Assembly: GCA_001822075.1 (NCBI GenBank) | Contig: MHPK01000006.1 | Location: 124,977-183,898, forward strand | Length of the DNA stretch: 58,922 nucleotides | Direction of reading: 5' to 3' | Source: Candidatus Staskawiczbacteria bacterium RIFOXYB1_FULL_38_37 | Lineage (GTDB): Bacteria > Patescibacteriota > Minisyncoccia > Minisyncoccales > Staskawiczbacteraceae | Shown here: positions 47,656 through 57,005 of the stretch, in pieces | Layout of the letters: every line of letters begins with the position of its first letter | Numbering within the stretch: the first letter of the stretch is position 1 | Made by a program: the position numbers and the translations under genes | The notes under the pieces: model-generated | Database searches by the model: none | What the model was told of the DNA's origin: nothing | The model's input: only the letters and a program-made list of their open reading frames with translations

Positions 47656-47913
47656 TTAAGATAAGTGCTTTGAAACTAATTTTGTCATCTCAAACATATT
47701 CACAACTTTCTTGCCTCCGAAAACAGCTTTTAACTTATCGTCAGCGTTAATGTTGCGCTTGTTTTTTGGATCCTGCAAGCCGTTCTTTTTGATATACGCC
47801 CAAAGTTTTTTTACAACCTGAGAGCGCGGCATCGGACCCTTGCCCACTACAGCTTCCAAATCTGCGGTAAGCTTTAAAGGCTTCATAAAAGCCGAATTTG
47901 CTTTTCCTGGCAT
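47656..47913 (-). CDS. stand-alone SWIB/MDM2 domain protein
   Basis: LEAVVG.GPMPRSQVVKKLWAYIKKNGLQDPKNKR.INADDKL. Confidence 0.93.
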   Translation of the reverse strand: MPGKANSAFMKPLKLTADLEAVVGKGPMPRSQVVKKLWAYIKKNGLQDPKNKRNINADDKLKAVFGGKKVVNMFEMTKLVSKHLS

Positions 47914-48034
47914 ATTTTTTTCATCGGGTTAAATGCTTAAAAAGCAGCTAATTCCGACGTTTAATAGTTTTTTAATTTATACTGCCTATGTTTATTATAC
48001 CCTCGAAGAGAAGCCTTTGCAATAGTCGACCTAT

Positions 48035-48397
48035 TTATTTCAAGTCCATCTTTGCCTTAGCTTTGGCGACAACGTCATCAATATGCATTTGAGACTTTAC
48101 AAGATATTCAACATTCTCGCCTTCTTTCTCCTCGCTATCAACATTTGTCAAAAACATAACCGGGCACATTACGCCAGCTTCCCTTATTTTTTTTACCATT
48201 TGCTTGCCGTCAAGCTTTGGCAAAAGCATATCTGAGATAATCAGAGCCGGCTTTTCTTTTATGGCGGCCTCTGCCCCCTTCTCTCCGTCTGAAGCTGTAA
48301 TAACTGAAATTTTTTCTAAGCTAAAAACTTTCTTTAAGATAGAAAGAAAACTTTCTTCGTCTTCAACTATGAGTATTTTTTTATTAATGTTTTCCAT
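48035..48397 (-). CDS. single-domain response regulator
   Basis: ILIVEDE, ISDMLLPKLDG, FLTN. Confidence 0.9.
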   Translation of the reverse strand: MENINKKILIVEDEESFLSILKKVFSLEKISVITASDGEKGAEAAIKEKPALIISDMLLPKLDGKQMVKKIREAGVMCPVMFLTNVDSEEKEGENVEYLVKSQMHIDDVVAKAKAKMDLK

Positions 48398-48435
48398 ATA
48401 AAATCTTATCGCATATTCTATAAAAAATCAATATA

Positions 48436-48729
48436 TCAAAATGGATTTTCATAGTTTTCGTCTGCGGGCTCTTGCAGTTTTTCTTCTCTTTTTTGCCATT
48501 CTTCCAAAATTCCATGGTAATCGCTTTCTGAAAAATTCAAAGTGCTGCCATCAATCTGGGGTGTTTCTATTTCTGGCAAAAAAGCGTATTTATAATATAA
48601 GAAAGCTCCCGAAATTACTTCCGCTAAAATAACGCAAAGCAAAAACAGAAAGGCGCGCCTCCCAAAGTATAAACATATTTTTTTGAGGCGAAAAATTTTA
48701 AAAACTTTTGTGCAGGTTGGCAATTTCAT
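48436..48729 (-). CDS. hypothetical membrane protein at end of pilMNO operon
   Basis: Single TM; 3 bp downstream of the pilO-like stop. Confidence 0.55.
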   Translation of the reverse strand: MKLPTCTKVFKIFRLKKICLYFGRRAFLFLLCVILAEVISGAFLYYKYAFLPEIETPQIDGSTLNFSESDYHGILEEWQKREEKLQEPADENYENPF

Positions 48730-48732
48730 AAA

Positions 48733-49281
48733 TTATTTTTTTGCAAAAACATTTATTAAAAATACACTCTTTGTCTGATTGGTTTGTTTCTTGCCAGAAA
48801 GCTTGTCTTGGTATCTGCCGATATCTAAATTCTGTATTTTAATAAGATAAGGGCCTGCCTCTAATTTTTTGATAAAAGACAAATTATCCAAAAAATCTCC
48901 GTAAGATGACAGCCTAAAAATTATCAAAGGAGACTCTACGTTAGACAAGAAAGATGGAGATGAAATTTCCAGCCTTACTGAAGTTTCCTCGGCAGTATTT
49001 TCTAAAAATTTAATAAATTCAACGGGGTTTTGGACGTCAATAAACAAGCCGTCTATTTTATCTAAATTTTCTCTGTACTCTTGGTATTTTTGCTTGAAAG
49101 CTTCTGTGTCTTCAATCTCTTTTGCTATAATCAAAGATTTTTGTTTTTCAGAAACAAATTCTCGGGATTTATCGTAAATTTCTTTTAATGCAGGGTAAAT
49201 AAAAAACAAAACCATGCATAAAGCAATCAAAAAGAATGCTAAAATAATTATATAAATTTTTTTCTTAATTGCCATACTCAA
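48733..49281 (-). CDS. pilO: PilO-like protein
   Basis: N-terminal TM, coiled coil, ferredoxin-like C-terminus; position after pilM/pilN. Confidence 0.65.
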   Translation of the reverse strand: MSMAIKKKIYIIILAFFLIALCMVLFFIYPALKEIYDKSREFVSEKQKSLIIAKEIEDTEAFKQKYQEYRENLDKIDGLFIDVQNPVEFIKFLENTAEETSVRLEISSPSFLSNVESPLIIFRLSSYGDFLDNLSFIKKLEAGPYLIKIQNLDIGRYQDKLSGKKQTNQTKSVFLINVFAKK

Positions 49282-49813
49282 AAGTAAAACTAAAATTAGT
49301 ATTTACGGGGTTTATCCAGCTTTCAGTGGAAAAAGAAACATTTTTAAGCTTGCGCTCCTGCTTCACGTTTTTTTGAAATAATAAAAGATTTTCTCTATTA
49401 TCGGAGAATCCAAAGACAACTGCCTTGATTTTTCCAGGGGTATCTGACCTTTCTATATAAATTTTATCAAAAACTAATCCCTCGGGCCTCGGGACATCCA
49501 AAACAACATCAAACACATTTGTGAATGGTATTTCTTTTTTGTAAAAAGAAAACAATCCTGGCAGAATTTCATTATATTTCTCAATTATCTGCTTATATTC
49601 TAAAAAATCCGATGATTGGTATTCTGCTTCCACAGAATCTAAAACAAATTTTTGGCTATTGATTTGCGATAATATATAAAATTCTATTGATAATAATATT
49701 AAAATCAGGCATACCAAAGCTATTATAATTGAAACGGCAAAAACTATAACAAGATTCTTTGTCTGTTCTAATTTCAAAGATTTTTTTTCTTCTGGAGGCA
49801 AAAGATCAGTCAT
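49265..49813 (-). CDS. pilN: PilN-like protein
   Basis: MTDLLPPEEK start, TM, GFSDNRENLLLF; start set at ATG 49813. Confidence 0.65.
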   Translation of the reverse strand: MTDLLPPEEKKSLKLEQTKNLVIVFAVSIIIALVCLILILLSIEFYILSQINSQKFVLDSVEAEYQSSDFLEYKQIIEKYNEILPGLFSFYKKEIPFTNVFDVVLDVPRPEGLVFDKIYIERSDTPGKIKAVVFGFSDNRENLLLFQKNVKQERKLKNVSFSTESWINPVNTNFSFTFEYGN

Positions 49814-50915
49814 CAAGGTCTTCACATTTAATATTAATTCCTCTGCCAGCAAGTCCAAGCGCTGTAGTAAAAACCAAAAAATCAGCAGGATTAATTTTTG
49901 ATTTTTTTTCAAGGGGAGTGTTTGCAAAAGGGTCTCCTATCTCAGCTGGCAGAGAAAGCTCTTTTGATAAAAATTCCGGCAAGCCTTTTAACGTAGCTCC
50001 CCCGCCGCAAAGAATAATTTTTTTAATTCCGCTGGGCGTAAAAAGGTGCTCATGTGAGGCGTGGTCTTGGTAAAAATCTATGTATTTTTTAATTTGATTT
50101 ACAAGATTATTTAAAAGCTTCATTTGCGAGTCTGCAGCTTTTAAAGATTCTGCCGGCATTTTTTTATCAGAGTTCGCAATCCCGTATTTTATCTTAATTT
50201 CTTCTGCTTTTTCCGGGCTGATTTTTAAATCTTGCGCTATTGCCAAAGTAAGCTGGCCGGAAGAAATTGGGATTGAATATGTAAAACGTATTGAACGGCC
50301 GCAAAAAACTATAAAATCTGTTGTGTTCTCGCCTATGTCAATTATAGCCGCCGGAAATTCGGTTGTTTCGTTTTTTATAACTGCAGTTAACACTGATTGG
50401 GCTTCAACCTCCATTGCAATAGGTATAAGGCCGGCTGACTTTATGCAAGAAACGTATGGGTCTACAACTTTTTTGGGAGTCGCAACAACTAAAACATCTG
50501 TGTGGTCTAAGCTGTCTTTTATCGGAACTATAACTTTGAAATCCATATAAACTTCGCTTATTGGCAGAGGAATATAATTTTCTGCTTGAAAAATAACAGC
50601 TGATTTCAACTCTTTTTGCGACATCTTGGGCATCTGTATGACCTGTAAAAAAGATTCTTCTTCTGGCAAAGAAGCCACCACATATTTTGTGGTAATTCTT
50701 TTGCCCTTTGCAGTCTTGCGAGCAGATTTAATGGCCTCTGACAATGCTTTTTCGTCTTTTATTATCCCAGCCTCCACTATGCCTGGATTTATTTTTATTT
50801 TGTTATAAGAGTCTACGGCAAAATTCGCTCCGTTTTTAGAGAGCTTAATTATTTTTATAGAGGAATCATTTATATCCAGTCCAAAAGCATCATATTTTAA
50901 CTCTAAAAAAGCCAT
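49806..50915 (-). CDS. pilM: type IV pilus assembly protein PilM
   Basis: FGLDINDSSIKI, AENYIPLP, IDIGENTT, LCGGGATL. Confidence 0.93.
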   Translation of the reverse strand: MAFLELKYDAFGLDINDSSIKIIKLSKNGANFAVDSYNKIKINPGIVEAGIIKDEKALSEAIKSARKTAKGKRITTKYVVASLPEEESFLQVIQMPKMSQKELKSAVIFQAENYIPLPISEVYMDFKVIVPIKDSLDHTDVLVVATPKKVVDPYVSCIKSAGLIPIAMEVEAQSVLTAVIKNETTEFPAAIIDIGENTTDFIVFCGRSIRFTYSIPISSGQLTLAIAQDLKISPEKAEEIKIKYGIANSDKKMPAESLKAADSQMKLLNNLVNQIKKYIDFYQDHASHEHLFTPSGIKKIILCGGGATLKGLPEFLSKELSLPAEIGDPFANTPLEKKSKINPADFLVFTTALGLAGRGINIKCEDLDD

Positions 50916-50953
50916 TGATATTATTATATCACTAAAATTAAACTAATAAAAAT

Positions 50954-51898
50954 TTAGTCTTTTGCCATTATTATTTTTATTACGATAAAAACAATAAATA
51001 TCAAAACAATTAAAGATGATAATATTATCCAAAATAAATTAGAACCTTTGGCTTTTTCAGGGTCTTTTTCTGAAACTTTTTCTTTTGCCGATGATTTCTG
51101 AGTTTGGGAAAAAACATTTGCTGCTTTTTCCCCGTTTATAACTGAATAAACATCAAAAACCATAATGCGTCTGTTGCCCTTGTCTGACACAGAAAGAAAA
51201 TCTGTATCTGGGTCAAAAACAAGGCCCACCGGACCTGATAACTCAGAGCCCGAAGAGCCCGGGTCGTTTTCTGTAAAATCAGGCTGACCCAAAACATTTA
51301 CAGCGCTCTCTCCGTTGGCAATTAAAGAAACGTCAAAAATCATTATTCTGTTGTTGCCTGTGTCAGCTACGAAAAGCAAATCATTTACCGAGTCATAAGC
51401 AATGCCCTGCGGCATATTAAATTCTGAATCACTGGCGCCCGGGTCAAAAGTCACAAAATCAGGCTGACCCAAAACATGGTCTGGAATGTCATCTATCAAA
51501 GTGTCGTCATTATTAAGCTCAAAAACAAGAACACGGTTATTTTGAGGCTCAGCTGAAAAAAGCCGGTGGTGCTCTGTATCTATATAAGTGATGTTCCCGT
51601 TCAAAAGGTTATAAATTTCTTCATCGCTAAATCCGCCCATTTCATCTCCAGCATCTCCTCCGTTGTCTTCTCCGTTATCTCCAGGGTTTTCTGGATTTTC
51701 CTGAGGGTTTTCCGGCACCAGGGCAGAATAATCTATCGGAGGGTCGTTCTCGTTCCTGTCAATGTTACTGGAAACGTCTGGAGAAACGTCAGAAGGCATT
51801 GGCTGGATAGGAAAAAAATAATCATTTTTTGCAAAAACATTTGAAGAAAATAAAATCAGAAAAAATATTAACAAAAATAATATATTGGAATTTTTCAT
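50954..51898 (-). CDS. secreted NHL-repeat protein with C-terminal TM
   Basis: FNMPQGIAYD...LFVADTGNNRIMIF; VLGQPDF repeats. Confidence 0.8.
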   Translation of the reverse strand: MKNSNILFLLIFFLILFSSNVFAKNDYFFPIQPMPSDVSPDVSSNIDRNENDPPIDYSALVPENPQENPENPGDNGEDNGGDAGDEMGGFSDEEIYNLLNGNITYIDTEHHRLFSAEPQNNRVLVFELNNDDTLIDDIPDHVLGQPDFVTFDPGASDSEFNMPQGIAYDSVNDLLFVADTGNNRIMIFDVSLIANGESAVNVLGQPDFTENDPGSSGSELSGPVGLVFDPDTDFLSVSDKGNRRIMVFDVYSVINGEKAANVFSQTQKSSAKEKVSEKDPEKAKGSNLFWIILSSLIVLIFIVFIVIKIIMAKD

Positions 51899-51913
51899 AA
51901 TATTTATGCCTTT

Positions 51914-53299
51914 TTAATCGCTGACCCAGTTTAACATTTGGTACCCAGAACTTGAAATAGGAAAATTCGGCGGAGGTGAATATAAAAGATTGCTATCATA
52001 ATTAGAATAAGTGTTTCTGTATCCTGAAACAACGTTGCCCCAATAATTTACCCATGTCCATGTCCATTGCCCGAAAGTCATAATAGAGCCGTAAATTGTA
52101 ATGTTATCTTTGATATTGCCAGGCCAGTAAAAAAATTGGCAGGAGCCGTTTTGGGCAATCAAAGCCGCGTCAATTTCTAAGTCATTTGGGGCATAGTATG
52201 TCACAACAATATTTTTTTGAGAAATCAACCCCAAAACAGACGAGCCGTCTTTTGCGCTATAAACTATGTTATTGGGTATATATATTACAGGGGCTGTTGA
52301 AGGGCTGTATGGCAACACGGAGGCCGCAACAGTAACTCTTCCGTTCACTATTCCCTCCACCCATATATCGTCTTCAATATAAATTATTCCGTTTAAAGGC
52401 AGAGCATAATGGTCATAACCAGGTAAAATGTCTCTGGCGCTATAATCAACGTCTTCATTGTGGGCATTGCCTTCAACGTCCCAGCCAGTGGGGTTGCTCC
52501 TCAGATTTTTAACTTTATAAATGCTAACTGTGCCATCAGCATTAAACACCAGAGAATATCCTTTTTTATTGGAAGGAGGAAGATAGATTCCATTATCTTG
52601 AGCTGAGCTTTTCATGCCTGCTAAATCTGATGTTAAAGAAGCAAAATCTACTATTGGAACTGGAAACTGCCAAAAGCTTTGCACAGACGGCGGAGCTGAA
52701 CCCCATACTCCTGGCTTTAAGGCTGGGCAAGGCGGGCCTTGCGAAGAAGGGCAGGTGTATGTTTCTTTTGCTGACTGTATGGGGGCTGACCCAGTTCCGT
52801 CAAACCTTACTCCGTTATTTGAAAGCAGCTGTCCTCCAACATTTTCATTTCCTCCAATCCAAATAACGTCATTGCTCAAAAAAGCAAATTGGGCAAGCGA
52901 AGGAACTCCGTATTTTACAGTAATTGTTCTTTCAAGCCCCGTCTGCGCCTCAACTTTTCCGGTTGATTTTATTATGACAATTGTAGACCCAGTATCGGGA
53001 GACGTGATTTCAAGGCTAAATTCTCCAATTTTTTCCTGAGTGTCAAAATCTTTATAATCATGCACATAAGGGCCTGGCTGGCCGGTTCCGTCTTGATAAT
53101 CATCTGGAAAATGGGCTAAGTGCCATTGATAATAATTTATGCCAGCTTCTGCTATCTGAAAAGCTTGTTCTTTATTTATGGATGAGCGGAGTATATTGAG
53201 CTTTAACATAAAATCAGCCACCACAGGAAGCATCATCATCATAAAAACAGCAATTATGATTATAAGATATGCAATTATTGATCCTTTTTTTGTTTTCAT
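51914..53299 (-). CDS. PilX-like minor pilin
   Basis: KKGS N-terminus, AFQIAEAGINYY. Confidence 0.75.
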   Translation of the reverse strand: MKTKKGSIIAYLIIIIAVFMMMMLPVVADFMLKLNILRSSINKEQAFQIAEAGINYYQWHLAHFPDDYQDGTGQPGPYVHDYKDFDTQEKIGEFSLEITSPDTGSTIVIIKSTGKVEAQTGLERTITVKYGVPSLAQFAFLSNDVIWIGGNENVGGQLLSNNGVRFDGTGSAPIQSAKETYTCPSSQGPPCPALKPGVWGSAPPSVQSFWQFPVPIVDFASLTSDLAGMKSSAQDNGIYLPPSNKKGYSLVFNADGTVSIYKVKNLRSNPTGWDVEGNAHNEDVDYSARDILPGYDHYALPLNGIIYIEDDIWVEGIVNGRVTVAASVLPYSPSTAPVIYIPNNIVYSAKDGSSVLGLISQKNIVVTYYAPNDLEIDAALIAQNGSCQFFYWPGNIKDNITIYGSIMTFGQWTWTWVNYWGNVVSGYRNTYSNYDSNLLYSPPPNFPISSSGYQMLNWVSD

Positions 53300-53916
53300 T
53301 AATTTCCTAAATTATCCTTTAAATTTCTAATGGCGGCCCCGGCATTAACCAAAAAAGTTGAGCTGCCCTCTTCTGAAAGCCTTGGCGCCACCAAGCTTAT
53401 TTTTACAAATTTTACCGCAGTTAAATTTATTGGCTCTGAAAGCTCACTGCCAGAGCCGTTATAGTCGCCGTCGTAATAATAAAAAGCAGGGTCTGAACCA
53501 TTTTCTAAGCCCGTTAGCAATGTAGTCACATCTTCTGAAAGCAAATCATAAGTTAAGGGGCTTCCCGATGGAATTATCACGCCTTTGTATAAATTATTAT
53601 TTTCAACAAAATAACGGATTCTGTAAATAATTGTCGGACTTGAAGACCCATAATTAGAATAAAAAATTATTTGATTTTCGGTTGTATGATTCAATGCATA
53701 AGACCCATCATTTGCAACAGAAGCATTTCTAATCTCATTGGCAAAATCAGATGTCACTGCTCTTGCCTCGTCTATATTTTCCAAGGCTGACAAATTCTTT
53801 TCGGGATTTGAAAAAACATTCAAAAACATTGAAACCACCACAAATATAAGAACTGAAAAAAGGCATATTGATATTATCAATTCTATGATTGTGAATCCTG
53901 TTGGTGTTTTTTTCAT
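53299..53916 (-). CDS. type IV minor pilin (PilW/PulJ-like)
   Basis: GFTIIELII prepilin motif. Confidence 0.8.
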   Translation of the reverse strand: MKKTPTGFTIIELIISICLFSVLIFVVVSMFLNVFSNPEKNLSALENIDEARAVTSDFANEIRNASVANDGSYALNHTTENQIIFYSNYGSSSPTIIYRIRYFVENNNLYKGVIIPSGSPLTYDLLSEDVTTLLTGLENGSDPAFYYYDGDYNGSGSELSEPINLTAVKFVKISLVAPRLSEEGSSTFLVNAGAAIRNLKDNLGN

Positions 53917-53917
53917 T

Positions 53918-55732
53918 TTAATATTCTAAATAAGTTTCTAAAAATCCGTATCCTCCGATATGAATGTCATTTATTACTTTTGTCTGGTAGCCTGGCATAG
54001 AAATTATTATTTGGTAAGTATCTGAAGGCAAAAGCTCGGTGAATATAACCTGGCCTGGAGTGAAACAGCCAGAAATATAATTTAAATTAATGTTTGCTAA
54101 AACCGGAGTCTTGGAAGGGTCTTCTGTTGAAAGAAAAACCTTATAGCGCGCATAACGTTCGTTATTGTGGGCAGAGCTAATTGTAGCTCCAGGAACAGCA
54201 TAATAAGTTGAGCTTGTGCCGTCAGGGCCCAAAAAATTCCACGTTAAATTATCATTGTTTGTGGCAATCTGAAATTTAAGGCTTGCTGAAGGGTCCTGGG
54301 AGGCCGGCTGCCAATTCAAGGTTGTATAAGCTGTCAAATCAGTCCCTGTATCAAAAGTTGAAGATATCAAATAACCTGAAGCAACATAAAGGCCCCCATT
54401 TTCTGCGAGTTCTATGCCAGATGGCGCCGAATTATTTATATTTCCATCATCATCAAAATATCTTGCGGCATTAACAAAATCTTCCTGGCCTGAACCTCCT
54501 GACCAATCTTGCTGGCTCCAAACGTTTCCTCCTGTTATTTTTTCCATATTTACCGCAGGACTTGAGTTCACTAATTGCACTACAGCTCCCTCTATAGGGC
54601 TTTCTGTTGCAGAATCTTTCACTAAAACCAGCAAACTATTATTGGTTTTCGGCCCGAGTATCAAGCTGAAATTCTGGTTAATACCCGGCAACACAGAAGC
54701 TGGCTGGACAGGAGAAGTGCCGTAAACCATATAAGAACTTTCTTTCAATGTTGGAGTGTAATCATCCCATTCAATATCTTCTATCAAAACTTTTCCAATT
54801 GAATTTGAGGTGTAATCATTATCAAATTTTAAAACGTCAGGAGTGCCTATGAGCTTTGCGCCTTTGACATTAATTTCAACTCCTGAGATCGGCTGGCAAG
54901 CCTGGTCTTGCGTATTAAAAGATAAATCGCTCAATTGGTCGATTGAAAAACTGATATGAGTAACCTGGCCATTTGAAATAGTGGAGTCTGGTTTTATGGG
55001 ATTTGGGTTTTCTGGAGTAATAGAATAGGTCTGGTCTGAAGAAAAATTATCTTTTGTAGCTTCAATATGATATCCATTTACAGAATCTGGCAGACCCACT
55101 TCAATCCAATTTCCATTAGAATCGGCTGTTCTCGTAAGGTCAACATTTGGCTCAAGCAGGGTATTGATAATATGTATTTGAGCTCCGGGCACAGGTTCGC
55201 CCACAGAATTAAAAACTTCAATGGAAAGCGCTCCCCCGCTGTCCAAATCTTCTAAATTTTTGGGAACAACATTTGTTAAAAAACTATTTTCTCTGCCAGA
55301 ACCAATTGTTTTAATATAAAGCTTTACCTGCTTATAATCATTGGGGGCAGGGTCTGTGCCTAATAAAATAGTTCCGTCAGCCGGGTCGTCAATATAATTT
55401 ACCACATAATAAATTTGGTAATCTTTATTATCAAAAAAAATGTTAAGGGCATTGGGCAAATCCGGCAGATTGCCAGGGGGATTTCCGTTTACAGTGCCAA
55501 CTTGCGAATAAGGCAAATTACGAACGACTTCAAGGTACTGGCCAGCTAAAGAAGATATTGTTGTGCGCTCGCGGTAATATGCAATTCCGTTTATCATGGA
55601 AGTAAAAATCGCATATATTCCAGAACACAAAATAGCCACTATAGCCACAGCAACCAATATCTCAACAAGGGTAAACCCCGTTAGAAGTTTGCCGTCTTTA
55701 AAATATTTTTTTTTGGTTATTAAAAACTTCAT
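53918..55732 (-). CDS. large prepilin-type protein with carboxypeptidase-regulatory-like beta domains
   Basis: GFTLVEILVAVAI; PVPGAQIHI, PIEGAVV. Confidence 0.8.
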   Translation of the reverse strand: MKFLITKKKYFKDGKLLTGFTLVEILVAVAIVAILCSGIYAIFTSMINGIAYYRERTTISSLAGQYLEVVRNLPYSQVGTVNGNPPGNLPDLPNALNIFFDNKDYQIYYVVNYIDDPADGTILLGTDPAPNDYKQVKLYIKTIGSGRENSFLTNVVPKNLEDLDSGGALSIEVFNSVGEPVPGAQIHIINTLLEPNVDLTRTADSNGNWIEVGLPDSVNGYHIEATKDNFSSDQTYSITPENPNPIKPDSTISNGQVTHISFSIDQLSDLSFNTQDQACQPISGVEINVKGAKLIGTPDVLKFDNDYTSNSIGKVLIEDIEWDDYTPTLKESSYMVYGTSPVQPASVLPGINQNFSLILGPKTNNSLLVLVKDSATESPIEGAVVQLVNSSPAVNMEKITGGNVWSQQDWSGGSGQEDFVNAARYFDDDGNINNSAPSGIELAENGGLYVASGYLISSTFDTGTDLTAYTTLNWQPASQDPSASLKFQIATNNDNLTWNFLGPDGTSSTYYAVPGATISSAHNNERYARYKVFLSTEDPSKTPVLANINLNYISGCFTPGQVIFTELLPSDTYQIIISMPGYQTKVINDIHIGGYGFLETYLEY

Positions 55733-55775
55733 TGTTTTTCTGCGATGTTGTTGTCTTGCAAACTTCTAACGGGGT
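55675..55775. repeat. 18-bp perfect inverted repeat (family D arms) enclosing the pilin start codon
   Basis: ACCCCGTTAGAAGTTTGC at 55675-55692 and GCAAACTTCTAACGGGGT at 55758-55775. Confidence 0.9.
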
Positions 55776-55788
55776 AAACCCCCCCTTT

Positions 55789-57003
55789 TTACCTTATAGA
55801 TTGCAACGAGGAGTACATCGGCTCGATTATTGAGAATGCAAAAAATCCTACAGCCAAACCCAGCGCTATCAATAAAACCGGCTCTATTGCAGAAGAAAGC
55901 TTTGAAGTTGTTCTTATCAGCTCCTCTTCATAAAAATCAGCAAGAGTTTTTAACACGTTTGAAGTTTTTCCTGTTTCCTCGCCCACTTCTATCATTTCAA
56001 GCGCTCCCACAGGAAAAATGTCGCTGTAAGGCTGTAATGTTTTAGAAAGCCTCTCTCCTTTTTTTATTCTTTCTAAAGAGCCAGACAGAGCTTTTTTAAA
56101 ATAAAAATTACCCACAGTGCCGTGCACCACATCTAATGATTTTGTTAACGGCACTCCAGCCGACAAAAGAGAGCTTAAAGAACGTATAAAAATAGCGCAG
56201 TTGTTTTTTTTAACCAAAGACGAAATCAAGGGAATTCTCAAAAAAATTGTATCTAATGCGCGCTTGCCAGTTTTTGTTTTAGCCCACATCCATATTAAAA
56301 ATCCTAAAACAACAGGCGCAATTATCAAAAAGGGCCAATTTTTTACTGAAAAATCGCCCAAAGCAATTAATATCTTTGTATAAAAGGGAATTTCAGCGCC
56401 AACCCCCTTGAAAAAAGAATTTAAGCGAGGCAAAACCACCACAGCAACCACAGCTCCCACAGCTACCATCATTCCCAAAACAATACAGGGATAAATCATC
56501 GCCCCCTTTATTTCAGATTTTAAGCGGTGCTCTCTTTCCAAGTGCTGGGCTAAAATTTTTAATATATCCTCAAGCGTGCCAGATTCTTCTCCAACCTTAA
56601 CCATGCTCAAAAAAAACTGGGAAAAAATATCGGGGTATGAAGACAAAGATTCAGAAAGGCTTTTACCCTTATTGACCTGCTCTTTCACATTAAGCAGCGC
56701 ATTCTTCAATTTCTTGTTTTTGGCCTGCATAGAAAGCACCTCAAAACTGTTTACCAAAGAGAGACCGGTGGACACCATTACAGACAAGTTTCTTGTCATT
56801 AAAATCTTTTCTATTACAGGAACGTTTCCTAAAATAGATAAATTAAACAAATTTTTTCCCTTTGCTCCTTCTTGCAAAGCTGTAATCAAAATAAGATTGC
56901 TGTCCTTTAATTTTTGAAACAGTTCATGAGTGCTTTCAGCAATGGAATCTCCCTTAACTGTTTTTCCATCGGCAGTTTTTGCAGTATAAAAATATTTAGG
57001 CAT
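55789..57003 (-). CDS. pilC: type IV pilus platform protein PilC (GspF family)
   Basis: KVGEESGTLE, MIYPCIV, EVGEETG, IEPVL. Confidence 0.95.
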   Translation of the reverse strand: MPKYFYTAKTADGKTVKGDSIAESTHELFQKLKDSNLILITALQEGAKGKNLFNLSILGNVPVIEKILMTRNLSVMVSTGLSLVNSFEVLSMQAKNKKLKNALLNVKEQVNKGKSLSESLSSYPDIFSQFFLSMVKVGEESGTLEDILKILAQHLEREHRLKSEIKGAMIYPCIVLGMMVAVGAVVAVVVLPRLNSFFKGVGAEIPFYTKILIALGDFSVKNWPFLIIAPVVLGFLIWMWAKTKTGKRALDTIFLRIPLISSLVKKNNCAIFIRSLSSLLSAGVPLTKSLDVVHGTVGNFYFKKALSGSLERIKKGERLSKTLQPYSDIFPVGALEMIEVGEETGKTSNVLKTLADFYEEELIRTTSKLSSAIEPVLLIALGLAVGFFAFSIIEPMYSSLQSIR

Positions 57004-57005
57004 AA

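Noticed and set aside
49814-49927. Extended 5' ends given by the ORF track (also 4862, 9934, 42008, 46017, 46730)
   Set aside because: Extensions overlap upstream genes or terminators; downstream ATGs have better RBS, coupling or signal-peptide context
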